Of a DNA stretch of 38,929 nucleotides, positions 1 through 9,112 are shown piece by piece. Source of the DNA: Acidobacteriota bacterium (lineage in GTDB: Bacteria; Acidobacteriota; Vicinamibacteria; Vicinamibacterales; CAVVIG01). Made by a program: the position numbers and the translations under genes. Every line of letters begins with the position of its first letter. The first letter of the stretch is position 1. Where the stretch lies: contig JAYVYV010000083.1 of assembly GCA_043783985.1 (NCBI GenBank), forward strand, positions 1 to 38,929. The letters run 5' to 3'. The notes below the pieces were generated by a model. That model ran no database searches. It saw nothing but the letters and a program-made list of their open reading frames with translations, and was not told where the DNA came from.

Positions 1-50
1 TGAGTGATCAGTGACGGATGCTCGAAGTTATTGTTGGAAAGCGATTTAAG

Positions 51-127
51 TGGTGGGCGCTACAGGACTCGAACCTGTGACCTCGTGCGTGTGAAGCACG
101 CGCTCTAACCAACTGAGCTAAGCGCCC
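51..127 (-). tRNA. tRNA-Val (anticodon CAC), CCA encoded
   Basis: Reverse complement folds as a cloverleaf: acceptor GGGCGCT/AGCGCCC, D arm GCTC..GAGC, anticodon stem CGTGC/GCACG with loop TTCACAC, T arm ACAGG-TTCGAGT-CCTGT, 3' ACCA. 77 nt. Confidence 0.95.
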
Positions 128-255
128 TCGGAAAACCGGGGAAGCGAAAATTGTACTGCGACTTGCGCCCTTCGGGCAACCGGCGCTGGACGCGCGTCGT
201 GGGACAGCCCGGACACCGCCGACGAAGAAACGTCAGTGAAGGAAGCGTCGTGGCC

Positions 256-1098
256 TCAGGCTTTGCGGCCTTCGGGCAACCGGCGCTGCGCGGCGCCGTC
301 GTAGTCGGCGTCCTTTGGATCGATCTGCCGCATCGGCGTCTGGCGCGTGCGCTCCTCGTGGGCGTGCGCGATCAGGCCGGGCAATCGTGAGATCAGAAAA
401 ATAGCGTTGCCGAGCTCGTACGCGAAGCCGAGGTCGGTGCAGATGGCCGCAATCGCGCCGTCCACGTTCACCGGCAGCGGCCGCCCGAAATGCGATGCGT
501 GCGCTTCTATCGCCCGCTCGGTCGCCCGGATCAGCCGCACATGTTCTCCTTCGAGCTCGAGCTCCAGCGCCATCTGAAAAAGCCTGGCGGCGCGCGGGTC
601 GCGCGTGTGGAAACGGTGCCCGAACCCCGGCGGCTCGTTGTGACTCGTCACGCACTCCTCGACGATCGCGTCCGCCGCCTGTTTCTCCGTCTTGCCGGCG
701 CGCATCAGCGTCAGCCCGCCATCGAGAAACCGCATGCACGACTCGATATCGCCCCCGTGGTGCGGCCCGAACGCCAGAATCCCCGCCGCCACGCAATCCT
801 TCAACGGCGCCCCGGTCGTCGCGACGTTGCGCGCGGCGAGCGTCGAGGGCGGAGTGACGCCGTGGTCAATCGACGACACGAGCACCGCGTTCAGCATCCG
901 CCCGATCGCCGGCGTCGGCAGCTCGCCCATTAGGAGCAGATAGACCGCCTCGGCAAACCCGAGACGCCCCATCATCTCGTCGAGCGGATAGCCGCGTACG
1001 AGGATCTTGTTCGGCTCGACGTCGGTGAGCGACGACTGCCAGTTCTCGCCTTGGGCGCGAGGCTGCAGGCGACGTTCGGTGGCGCTGGTTTTTGCCAT
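256..1098 (-). CDS. citrate-synthase-family protein, short form (citryl-CoA lyase-like)
   Basis: 280-aa ORF with the citrate-synthase catalytic region GFGHRFHTRDPRA and a LISRLPG..AH motif. Its length fits the short citryl-CoA-lyase subgroup rather than full citrate synthase. Confidence 0.7.
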   Translation of the reverse strand: MAKTSATERRLQPRAQGENWQSSLTDVEPNKILVRGYPLDEMMGRLGFAEAVYLLLMGELPTPAIGRMLNAVLVSSIDHGVTPPSTLAARNVATTGAPLKDCVAAGILAFGPHHGGDIESCMRFLDGGLTLMRAGKTEKQAADAIVEECVTSHNEPPGFGHRFHTRDPRAARLFQMALELELEGEHVRLIRATERAIEAHASHFGRPLPVNVDGAIAAICTDLGFAYELGNAIFLISRLPGLIAHAHEERTRQTPMRQIDPKDADYDGAAQRRLPEGRKA

Positions 1099-1100
1099 AA

Positions 1101-1143
1101 GCTCTCAGCCCTCAGCTCTCAGCCGTCAGTCTTCTGTCCGTCA
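1101..1143. repeat. 7-bp tandem repeat, family C (GCYCTCA on + strand; TGAGRGC on - strand)
   Basis: gctctca gccctca gctctca gccgtca gtcttct gtccgtca. Fills the spacer between the upp stop and the upstream gene's start. Confidence 0.9.
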
Positions 1144-1764
1144 GATCGTCCCGTACAGCCTGTCGCCGAAGTCGCCGAGGCCGGGAACGATGTACTTCTG
1201 ATCGTTGAGCTTGTCGTCGACGACCGGCGTATAGATAGCCACGTGCGGATGATGCTTCTCGACCAGCGCCACACCCTCCGGCGCGGCGACAATGCAGATC
1301 ATGCGGACCACCGTTGCGCCGGCCTTCTGCAGCAGGTCCAACGCGGCGACCGCGCTGCCGCCGGTGGCGAGCATGGGATCGATCATCAGCACGTAGCTCC
1401 CGCCCAGGTTCGACGGCAGCTTCGAATAGTACTGCGACGCGACCGCGGTCATCTCGTCGCGCTGCAGCCCGATGTGTCCCACGCGCGCGCTGGGGACAAG
1501 CTCCAGCACCGCATCGAGCATCCCCAGCCCGGCGCGCAGCACCGGCACGACGACGACATCCGATCCCGCCCGGCGTCCGGCCGCGGGACCGAGCGGCGTC
1601 TCGACGGTGACGTTCTGGGGCGTCAGGTCTTTCAGTGCTTCGGCGATCAGCAGCACGCTGATGCGCGTCGCCGCGCGGCGGAAGTGCTCCGGCGTCGTGG
1701 TCCTGTCGCGCAACGTGACGAGCGCGTCATGCACCAGCGGGTGGTCGACGATGTGGACGGGCAC
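1141..1764 (-). CDS. upp: uracil phosphoribosyltransferase
   Basis: PRPP-binding motif VLMIDPMLATGGS and C-terminal YIVPGLGDFGDRLYGT. I place the start at GTG 1764 (VPVHIVDHPL..) for a canonical ~207 aa. The ORF-track extension to 2043 runs through the repeat region and overlaps the divergent gene. Confidence 0.9.
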   Translation of the reverse strand: MPVHIVDHPLVHDALVTLRDRTTTPEHFRRAATRISVLLIAEALKDLTPQNVTVETPLGPAAGRRAGSDVVVVPVLRAGLGMLDAVLELVPSARVGHIGLQRDEMTAVASQYYSKLPSNLGGSYVLMIDPMLATGGSAVAALDLLQKAGATVVRMICIVAAPEGVALVEKHHPHVAIYTPVVDDKLNDQKYIVPGLGDFGDRLYGTI

Positions 1765-1793
1765 AGGGCGACTATACAACGGGAGGCGCTGTC

Positions 1794-1854
1794 GATTGCG
1801 GATTGCGGATCGAGGGTTGAGGGTTGCGGATTGAGGGTTGGATTGCGGATTACA
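1794..1854. repeat. 7-bp tandem repeat, family A (GATTGCG / GGTTGAG variants)
   Basis: gattgcg gattgcg gatcgag ggttgag ggttgcg gattgag ggttg gattgcg gattaca. Occupies the divergent spacer between upp and the amidohydrolase gene. Confidence 0.95.
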
Positions 1855-1864
1855 ATCGACTGCG

Positions 1865-3259
1865 ATGAAAACGTTCGTTTCCGCAATCCTGGTCCTTGCC
1901 GCGCTGATGGCGGCGTCCGCCCAGCCGGCCCGGCGGCGGGTGTCGTTGATCGTCGTCGGCGGTCCCGTGCTCACGCAGAACGCCGCCCACCGAATCCTGA
2001 CGCCCGGCGCCCTCGCCATCGACGGCACCGACATCATTGACATCGATACACCGGCGGCGATCGGTGCGAAGTATCGGGCGGCGGAGACGATCGATGCGCG
2101 CGATCAAATCGTCCTCCCGGGCCTCATCAACACGCACTCGCACGCGCCGATGGTGATGTACCGGGGCCTCGCCGACGACCTCGCGCTGATGGACTGGCTG
2201 CAGAAGTACATCTTCCCCGCGGAAGCCAAGACGGTGTCGCCTGAACTGGTCCGCGTCGGCACGCGCCTGGCCGCCGTCGAGATGATCGAGTCGGGGACGA
2301 CGGCTTACGTCGACATGTATTACTTCGAGGAGGAGATCGCGAAAGCGACCGTCGAAGCCGGGCTGCGCGGCGTCCTCGGCGAGACGATCATCCAGTTCCC
2401 GGTCGCCGATGCGAAGACGCCAGCCGACGCGCTCGCGCGCGCGGAACGGTTCATCAAGGAATACAAGGACAACAACCTGGTCGTGCCGGCGGTCGCGCCG
2501 CACGCGCTCTACACGAACGACAAGACGACGCTCGCCGCGTCCGCGGCGCTGGCGCGCAAGTACGGCGTGCCGATCCTGATCCATTTCGCGGAGACCGAGG
2601 ATGAAGTCAAGATCGCGCGCGAGCGGTATCAGATGACGCCGACCGCCGCGCTCGAATCGATCGGCGTGCTGGGCCCGACCACGATCGGCGCGCACGGCGT
2701 GTGGGTGAGCGACGCGGACATCGCCATCCTCCAGCGCACCGGCACCGGCGTCGCGCACAATCCGGAAAGCAACATGAAGCTGGCGAGCGGCGCCGCCCCG
2801 GTGACGAAGTACCTGGCCGCCGGCGTCAAGCTCGGACTCGGCACCGACGGCGCGGCGAGCAACAACGATCTCGACATGTTCGAGGCGATGCGTCAGGCGT
2901 CGTTCCTCGCCAAACACTCCACGCACGATCCGACCGCCGTCCCGGCGCAAACCGCGCTCGACATGGCGACGATGGGCGGCGCGCGCGTGATCGGCATGGA
3001 TAAGCTGATCGGGTCGCTGGAGACGGGCAAGCGTGCCGACCTGATCACCGTTTCGACGCGCTCGGCACGCCAGACGCCGATGTACGACCCGGTCTCCCAC
3101 CTGGTGTACGTGACCCGTGGTGAGGATGTGCGGAGCACGATCGTGAACGGCAAGGTGTTGATGAGCGAACGGAAACTGAGAACCCTCGATCGCGAGCAGG
3201 TGATTGCCGACGCTAACCGCCTGGCTGCGCGAGTCAGAGAGGCGGTTACACCGCGATGA
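1865..3259 (+). CDS. metal-dependent amidohydrolase (MtaD / chlorohydrolase-like deaminase family) with N-terminal signal peptide
   Basis: LPGLINTHSHAPM metal-binding HxH motif, HF.ET, and GTDGAASNN near the C-terminus. ATG 1865 gives MKTFVSAILVLAALMAASAQ, a signal-peptide-like N-terminus. Confidence 0.8.
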   Translation: MKTFVSAILVLAALMAASAQPARRRVSLIVVGGPVLTQNAAHRILTPGALAIDGTDIIDIDTPAAIGAKYRAAETIDARDQIVLPGLINTHSHAPMVMYRGLADDLALMDWLQKYIFPAEAKTVSPELVRVGTRLAAVEMIESGTTAYVDMYYFEEEIAKATVEAGLRGVLGETIIQFPVADAKTPADALARAERFIKEYKDNNLVVPAVAPHALYTNDKTTLAASAALARKYGVPILIHFAETEDEVKIARERYQMTPTAALESIGVLGPTTIGAHGVWVSDADIAILQRTGTGVAHNPESNMKLASGAAPVTKYLAAGVKLGLGTDGAASNNDLDMFEAMRQASFLAKHSTHDPTAVPAQTALDMATMGGARVIGMDKLIGSLETGKRADLITVSTRSARQTPMYDPVSHLVYVTRGEDVRSTIVNGKVLMSERKLRTLDREQVIADANRLAARVREAVTPR

Positions 3260-3369
3260 GATTTCAGATTTCAGAGTTCAGAATTCAGATTGATTTCAGA
3301 TTGATTTCAGATTGGATTCTGATTGGATTCTGATTGGATTTCTGAAATCTGAACTCTGAAATCTGAAAT
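3260..3369. repeat. 7-bp tandem repeat, family B (TTTCAGA / TCTGAAA) forming a composite palindrome
   Basis: The whole 111-bp convergent spacer is repeat. A 22-nt perfect inverted repeat is present: 3261-3282 atttcagatttcagagttcaga versus 3348-3369 tctgaactctgaaatctgaaat. Confidence 0.95.
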
Positions 3370-3370
3370 A

Positions 3371-3895
3371 TCACGGTTCTAACACCGCGATGTGCGGCAG
3401 GTTCCGGTATTGCTCGTCGAAGTCGAGTCCGTAGCCGACGACGAATCTGTCCTCGATGGTAAAGCCGATGTAGTCGACCGTGACGTCCACCTTGCGGCGC
3501 GACGGTTTGCTCAACAGGCACGCGGTCCTCAGCGATTTGGGGTGGCGCTCGCCGAGGATCTTCTGCAGGTAGCTGAGCGTCAGCCCGGTGTCGACGATAT
3601 CCTCGACGATGATGACGTGGCGGCCGTCGAGCGCGGTGTCGAGGTCCTTGACCATCTTCACCTCGCCGGAGGATGTCGTCCCCTTGGCGTAGCTGGAAAC
3701 GGCCATGAAGTCGAGCGACACGTGACCGGGCATGTGCCGCGCGAGGTCCGAGAGAAAGATGAACGCGCCTTTGAGCACCGCGATCACGTGCAGGTCGCCG
3801 GGGTAGTCCTTCCGGATCTCCTGCGCCATTTCGGCCACGCGCTTTTGAATCTGTGCTTCGGACAGTAGAATCTCTGCAGGGCGCAAGTCGGCCAT
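3371..3895 (-). CDS. hpt: hypoxanthine phosphoribosyltransferase
   Basis: PRPP motif VIIVEDIVDTGLT and FVVGYGLDF. Start taken as ATG 3895 (MADLRP..). The ORF-track start at 3916 is a TTG that collides with the rpiB ATG. Confidence 0.9.
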   Translation of the reverse strand: MADLRPAEILLSEAQIQKRVAEMAQEIRKDYPGDLHVIAVLKGAFIFLSDLARHMPGHVSLDFMAVSSYAKGTTSSGEVKMVKDLDTALDGRHVIIVEDIVDTGLTLSYLQKILGERHPKSLRTACLLSKPSRRKVDVTVDYIGFTIEDRFVVGYGLDFDEQYRNLPHIAVLEP

Positions 3896-3915
3896 AGGGA
3901 CGAAATCATACTTCA

Positions 3916-4560
3916 ATGAAACGGTTCGAGATCATCACGGAGACCGACGCGCGCGTGCTGGAGCGCGGCGAGATGGTGATGCTCGCGAAAGGCGGACACG
4001 TCACGCCGCTCGCGCAGGACACGCTGCGCGAGCGCCGGGTGACGCTGGTCCACGAGGGGCGCGCGACCGACGATGCGGCCGCCCTGGTGCCGCGCGCCGA
4101 CATCCGCACGGTCGCGATCGCCAGCGATCACACCGGCGTCAAGTTGCGGAAGAGCCTGGTGGAGTTCCTGCGCGGCCGTGGGCTGACGGTCCAGGATCTG
4201 GGCACCGACGGACCGGACCCGGTGGACTATCCTGATGTCGCGGCCTCGGTCGCCGACGCCGTGATCCGGCGCGAGGCGGATGGCGGGATCGTCATCGACG
4301 GCGCCGGAATCGGATCGGCGATCGCGGCGAACAAGATCAACGGGATCCGCGCGGTGATGGCGGCGACCGAGACGATCGCGCGTTACGCCCGCGAGCACAA
4401 CGGCTGCAACGTGCTCACGCTGGGCGCGACGCTCGTGAGCGCCGAGGAAGCCACCGCGATCGTGACGATGTGGCTGACGACGCCGATGCGGGAGCCGAGA
4501 TACATCGCGCGGCTTGCGAAGATCCGCGCGCTCGAAGACAGGACCGGCCCGAAGGGCTAG
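3916..4560 (+). CDS. rpiB: RpiB/LacA/LacB-family sugar-phosphate isomerase with ~60-aa N-terminal extra domain
   Basis: Core VAIASDHTGVKLR..GGIVIDGAGIGSAIAANK..RAV..ARYAREHNGCNVLTLG matches ribose-5-phosphate isomerase B. Residues 1-60 (..GGHVTPLAQDTLRERRVTLV..) are additional. Confidence 0.85.
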   Translation: MKRFEIITETDARVLERGEMVMLAKGGHVTPLAQDTLRERRVTLVHEGRATDDAAALVPRADIRTVAIASDHTGVKLRKSLVEFLRGRGLTVQDLGTDGPDPVDYPDVAASVADAVIRREADGGIVIDGAGIGSAIAANKINGIRAVMAATETIARYAREHNGCNVLTLGATLVSAEEATAIVTMWLTTPMREPRYIARLAKIRALEDRTGPKG

Positions 4561-4568
4561 GGCCAAAT

Positions 4569-4645
4569 AGGGCTGAGGGCTGAGGGCTTAGGGCTTAGGC
4601 TGTGGGCTGAGGGCTTCTGAAACGCTGAGAGCCGATCGCTGAGAG
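4569..4645. repeat. 7-bp tandem repeat, family C (AGGGCTG / AGGGCTT), G-tract rich on + strand
   Basis: agggctg agggctg agggctt agggctt aggctgt gggctg agggctt, then ctgagag variants. Fills the rpiB-deoC spacer. Confidence 0.95.
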
Positions 4646-5524
4646 TTGATGACCAGAGACGACCTGCAAAAGCTGATCGACACCATCGTCAGCGAGCTGA
4701 TGCCGGCCCTGACGCGGCAGCCGCAGGGGCGGTGCGCGTGCCATTCGGTGCTCGACGACTGCTGTCCGGATCGCCTGCGCGGCGTCATCGATGCGGGCGC
4801 CTGCCGCGTGGGGATGTACGCCGCTGGCGGCGCGCCGACGGGCGTGGCGTCGATGATCGATCACACGCTGCTCAAGCCGGACGCCACGCGGGCCGACATC
4901 GAAGCGCTGTGCCGCGAGGCGGCGCAGTTCAAATTCGCTACGGTCTGCGTGAACCCGACGTGGGTCGCGACCGCAGCCAGGCTGCTTGCAGGAAGCGGCG
5001 TCGGCGTCTGCTCGGTGGTCGGCTTCCCGCTGGGCGCCACCACCCCTGACGTCAAGGGCTACGAGACGCGCCGGGCCATCTTCGACGGTGCGCGCGAGAT
5101 CGACATGGTGATCAACGTCGGCGCGCTCAAGTCGGGGGACCTCCGCCTCGTCGAAACCGACATCGAAGCGGTGACGACGCCGTGCCGCGAGGCGGGCGCA
5201 CTCAGCAAGGTGATCATCGAGGCGGCGCTGCTGACCGACGAGGAGAAGATCACCGCGTGCACGCTGGCGAAGGCGGCGGGCGCCGATTACGTGAAGACGT
5301 CGACCGGCTTCGCATCCGGCGGCGCCACCGCCGCGGACGTCGCGCTCATGCGGCGCGTGGTCGGCGCCCAGATGGGCGTGAAGGCGGCCGGCGGGGTGCG
5401 CGACCTCGAAGGGATGCAGGCGATGATCGCGGCCGGCGCGACGCGCGTGGGCGCGAGCGCCGGGGTCAAAATCGTGCAGCAGGCGCGCGGCGAGAACACG
5501 TCAGCCGCGCCCAGCGGCTACTGA
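4646..5524 (+). CDS. deoC: deoxyribose-phosphate aldolase with ~65-aa N-terminal extension
   Basis: [11 protein letters not shown].., VCVNP, and the Schiff-base lysine context [10 protein letters not shown]. The N-terminal extension holds an amphipathic helix and a Cys/His-rich stretch. Confidence 0.9.
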   Translation: MMTRDDLQKLIDTIVSELMPALTRQPQGRCACHSVLDDCCPDRLRGVIDAGACRVGMYAAGGAPTGVASMIDHTLLKPDATRADIEALCREAAQFKFATVCVNPTWVATAARLLAGSGVGVCSVVGFPLGATTPDVKGYETRRAIFDGAREIDMVINVGALKSGDLRLVETDIEAVTTPCREAGALSKVIIEAALLTDEEKITACTLAKAAGADYVKTSTGFASGGATAADVALMRRVVGAQMGVKAAGGVRDLEGMQAMIAAGATRVGASAGVKIVQQARGENTSAAPSGY

Positions 5525-5563
5525 CGTCACGCCGCATTCGACTCCACGAAAAGGCGCGACGGA

Positions 5564-5599
5564 GACACGGAGACGCGTGCCGCTCCATGCCTCCGTGTC
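5564..5599. terminator. possible bidirectional hairpin between convergent deoC and the Mo-enzyme operon
   Basis: gacacggag (5564-5572) pairs with ctccgtgtc (5591-5599), with an 18-nt loop. No clear U tract. Confidence 0.3.
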
Positions 5600-5627
5600 C
5601 CTGTGGCCTTCTTCAGGACCGGTGCGC

Positions 5628-6647
5628 TCACAGCATCTGCTTCGACAGCGTCCTCCGCCACTCCCGCACATCATCGCCACGCACCTCGCGGAGCGCGTAC
5701 GTGACGACGTCCTTCGTGACGCGCTTGCGCCACGTGAGATCGAAGTCGGTGTTGTCCATCGGCTTCGCCGGGCGCGCGGCTTCGCCGGCCGCGTGGGCGA
5801 TCACGTCGTCGGTCAGCCGGTGGCCGATGACCGCCTTCGCTGCGTCGGCGGCGGCGATCGGCCGTGAGGCGACGGCGCCGAGGATGATCCGCGCGGCCTC
5901 GACGGTGCCGTCGTCGCCGATTTTCACGGCGGCGGCGACCGAGAGCACGGGGAAGTCGAACGAGCCGCGGCGGCGCAGCTTCCAGTAGACGCTGCGCCAG
6001 CCGTCCGTCGGCGGTACGTGCACGGCGGTGAGGATCTCGTCGGGCCTTCGCGTCAGGTACTGGATACCGTCGTTCTGGTAGAGATCGGTGGCTGCGACCT
6101 GGCGCGTCGCGTTGGCGGACACGAGGGTGACCCGCGCGCCGAGCGCCAGCAGCGCGGGCGCGGTGTCGGTGGAGGAGACGGCGAGGCACTTCGGACTGCC
6201 GGTGGCGACCCAGCAGATCGTGCCGTCCTTCTTCATGCAGAAGTCGATCGACTTGCGCCACTCGTAGGTCTGATCGTAGTAGTTGCAGCGCGTGTCGAGG
6301 CAGAGGTTGCCGCCGAGCGTTCCCATGTTGCGCAGATGCGGCGTCGCCACCTGCGAGGCGGCCTGCCACAGCGCACCGTAGGAGTCGCGCACGCGTGGGT
6401 CACGAACGAGTTCGGTCAGCGTGACGCCGGCGCCGATGGTCAGGCCGGAGCCATGGGCGATCCCCCGGAGCTCGGCGATGCGGCGCAGACCGATGAGCGT
6501 CGGCGGCGCCTGTTGACGGCGTTTCATGTTCGGCAGCAGATCGGTCCCGCCGGCGACCAGCATCGCGCCGCCTGGCGCGGCCAGCAGCTCCGCGGCCTCG
6601 CGCACTGTGCGCGGCGAGTGGTACGTGAAGTGCGGCAGCCGCATCAT
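5628..6647 (-). CDS. molybdenum hydroxylase FAD-binding (medium) subunit with Cys-rich insertion (HcrB-like)
   Basis: CO-dehydrogenase flavoprotein-type N-terminus (LVAGGTDLLPNMK) plus the insertion C116-x4-C121-x15-C137-x7-C145-x8-C154. Its ATG overlaps the large-subunit stop (ATGA). Confidence 0.85.
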   Translation of the reverse strand: MMRLPHFTYHSPRTVREAAELLAAPGGAMLVAGGTDLLPNMKRRQQAPPTLIGLRRIAELRGIAHGSGLTIGAGVTLTELVRDPRVRDSYGALWQAASQVATPHLRNMGTLGGNLCLDTRCNYYDQTYEWRKSIDFCMKKDGTICWVATGSPKCLAVSSTDTAPALLALGARVTLVSANATRQVAATDLYQNDGIQYLTRRPDEILTAVHVPPTDGWRSVYWKLRRRGSFDFPVLSVAAAVKIGDDGTVEAARIILGAVASRPIAAADAAKAVIGHRLTDDVIAHAAGEAARPAKPMDNTDFDLTWRKRVTKDVVTYALREVRGDDVREWRRTLSKQML

Positions 6648-9112
6648 CGGTGCGTACCGTATTGAGGATTGCGGACTGCGGAGTGCGGATTCGAGCCCTC
6701 AGCCCTCGGCCCTGAGCCCTTCGCCTTTCCGTCCCCGCCCTCCCACGGGGGGGGGACATCGAGAGGCTCGGGGTACGGGACATCCGGAAAGCGCGTCGGG
6801 CCGTAGCGCGGCGTTTTGCCCGCGGCCTTGGCATCGAGCGCCTTCCGGATCTTCTCCGGCGTGATGGGCACCTCGTCGATGCGCACGCCGATCGCGTCGT
6901 AGACGGCGTTGGCCACCGCGGGCATGACCGGCAGCAGCGGACCCTGGCCGACTTCCTTGGCGCCGAAGGGACCACGCGGATCGGGGTTCTCCACCAACTC
7001 CGTCACCACCTCCGGCATGTCGAGCGTGGTCGGGCTCTTGTATTCGAGCATCGACGGAAACTTGTGCACGAGCGCATGAGACATCTTCGGCGGGAGTCGG
7101 CGGAACGTCTGCTCCTCCATCAGCGCCTCGCCGATCGCCATGTAGACGCTGCCCTCGACCTGCCCGCGCACCAGCGTCGGGTTCAGCGAGCGGCCGATGT
7201 CGTGCGCGATCCAGACGCGCGGCACGTGGATCCAGCCGGACGAGGGATCGACCTCGACTTCGACGATCGCGGCGGAGTAGGAGTAGGTGGGGGAGGGACC
7301 GACGCCGCCACCCTTGAATCTCGCGGCGGAGCGCGGCGGCGTGTACGAGCCGGTCGAGCCGATGGTGCCGAACATCGCCTCCGCGAGTTGCACCGCCTCG
7401 GCGAAGGTGACGCCGGCGTCGGCGTTCTCGGTGTCGAAGACGCGGCGGTCGGCGAAGACGAGACGGTCCGCGGCGACCGAGAGCTTCTTCGACACTGCGT
7501 CGGCGAGCAGATCGCGCGCCCGCTCGGCCGCCTGGATCGCGGCGTTGCCCATCATCAGCGTGACGCGGCTGGAGTAGGAGCCGAGATCCACCGGCGTGAG
7601 ATCGGTGTCGCCTGTGACCGGACGGATGTCGATCGGCTCGATGCCGAGCACTTCCGCCACGCACGCGACCAGCACGTCGTCGGATCCCTGGCCGATCTCG
7701 GTGGCGCCGCAGAAGACGGTGACGCCGCCGCTGCGATCGAGCTTGAGCTGCACGCCCGAGTGCGGCATGTCGTTGTAGTAGATCGGCAAGCCGGCGCCGG
7801 AGAGGTACGACGAGCAGGCGATCCCGACGCCGCGGCCGGGCGGCAGCCGGCCGAAGGTGTTCGTCCAGTCGGCGGCCTTCGTCACGCGGCGGACGCACTC
7901 GGCGAGACCGATGGTGCCGACGCGCAGGTAGTTCGCCGTCAGCGTGTCGGGCTTCTCGACGATGCGGAGGCGCAGTTCCGCCGGATTGATCGCAAGGGAC
8001 TCGGCGATCTTGTCGAGCTGGATCTCCTGGCCGAAGCGGCTCTGCGGCGTGCCGTGGCCGCGCTTGGGGCCGCACGGCGGCTTGTTGGTGAAGACGCGGC
8101 AGCCCTCGAAGTGGTAGGTCGGGATGTGGTACGTCACGGTCTGCAGCGCGCCGGTGTAGAACGTGCTGGCCACCCCGTACGACCCGTAGGCGCCGCCGTC
8201 GAGCAGCGTCTTCACGTGCATGCCGGTGATCGTGCCGTCGTTCATCACGCCGGTCTTGAACGTCATCAGCACCGGATGGCGTCCCCGGTGGCAGTAGAAC
8301 ACCTCCTCCCGTGTGAGGCAGATCTTCACGGGCCGATCGAGCATCAACGCCGCCTTTGCCACGACCATTTCATGGTTGAACGGATCGCTCTTGCCGCCGA
8401 AGCCGCCGCCGTTGGGCGTGGCGATCACGCGGATGTGCGCCGCCGGCATCGCCAGCGCCTTGGCGAGCGCGCGATGGACGTAGTGCGGGGTCTGCGTGCT
8501 CGACCACAGCACCAGCTTGCCGTCGGGATCTTTCGCCGCGACCGCGGCATGCTGCTCGATCGGCAGGTGGGTGTTGCCTTGGTAGAAGAAGGTGTCCTCG
8601 AACACGCGGTCGGCCTTGGCGAACGCCCGCTCGACGTCGCCGAAGCGCAACGACACGGCCTTGTGGATGTTGCCGGAGTCGCCGTAGTCGTGGATGCGCG
8701 GCTCGGGGAAGGCGAGGCTCTCCTCGGGTTCGGCGAACGTGCGCAGCGGCTCGTACTCGACGTCGATGAAGTCGAGCGCATCGACCGCCGTGATCTCGTC
8801 GCGCGCGACGACCGCCGCCACCGGGTCGCCGATGAAGCGCACGCGGTCCACCGCGAGGGCGTGCTCGTCCTGGCTCACCGGGAGGATGCCGTACGAGATC
8901 GGGAAATCCGCGCCGGTCAGCACGAGGTGGACGCCAGGGCGCGCGCGCGCGCGCGACACGTCGATCCGCACGATGCGCGCGTGCGGCAGCGTCGAGCGCA
9001 GCAGCTTGCAGTGCACCGTTCGCGGCAGCATCAGATCGTCCGCGAAGCGCGTTTGTCCCGTCACCTTCGCTCGTCCGTCCACGCGGCGCCGCGGCGTTCC
9101 TATGATCCTCAT
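6644..9112 (-). CDS. molybdopterin-binding large subunit of xanthine-dehydrogenase-family enzyme (HcrA-like)
   Basis: MRIIGTPRRRVDGRAKVTGQTRFADD.., NGGGFGGKSDPF, GATEIGQG. Start at ATG 9112 overlaps the small-subunit stop (ATGA). The ORF-track extension to 9352 is out-of-frame overlap with the 2Fe-2S gene. Confidence 0.9.
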   Translation of the reverse strand: MRIIGTPRRRVDGRAKVTGQTRFADDLMLPRTVHCKLLRSTLPHARIVRIDVSRARARPGVHLVLTGADFPISYGILPVSQDEHALAVDRVRFIGDPVAAVVARDEITAVDALDFIDVEYEPLRTFAEPEESLAFPEPRIHDYGDSGNIHKAVSLRFGDVERAFAKADRVFEDTFFYQGNTHLPIEQHAAVAAKDPDGKLVLWSSTQTPHYVHRALAKALAMPAAHIRVIATPNGGGFGGKSDPFNHEMVVAKAALMLDRPVKICLTREEVFYCHRGRHPVLMTFKTGVMNDGTITGMHVKTLLDGGAYGSYGVASTFYTGALQTVTYHIPTYHFEGCRVFTNKPPCGPKRGHGTPQSRFGQEIQLDKIAESLAINPAELRLRIVEKPDTLTANYLRVGTIGLAECVRRVTKAADWTNTFGRLPPGRGVGIACSSYLSGAGLPIYYNDMPHSGVQLKLDRSGGVTVFCGATEIGQGSDDVLVACVAEVLGIEPIDIRPVTGDTDLTPVDLGSYSSRVTLMMGNAAIQAAERARDLLADAVSKKLSVAADRLVFADRRVFDTENADAGVTFAEAVQLAEAMFGTIGSTGSYTPPRSAARFKGGGVGPSPTYSYSAAIVEVEVDPSSGWIHVPRVWIAHDIGRSLNPTLVRGQVEGSVYMAIGEALMEEQTFRRLPPKMSHALVHKFPSMLEYKSPTTLDMPEVVTELVENPDPRGPFGAKEVGQGPLLPVMPAVANAVYDAIGVRIDEVPITPEKIRKALDAKAAGKTPRYGPTRFPDVPYPEPLDVPPPWEGGDGKAKGSGPRAEGSNPHSAVRNPQYGTHR
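6661..6725. repeat. 7-bp tandem repeats, family A followed by family C (C-rich on + strand)
   Basis: attgagg attgcgg actgcgg agtgcgg attcgag ccctcag ccctcgg ccctgag cccttcg. Lies inside the last ~25 codons of the large-subunit ORF, just upstream of the FAD-subunit start. Confidence 0.95.
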
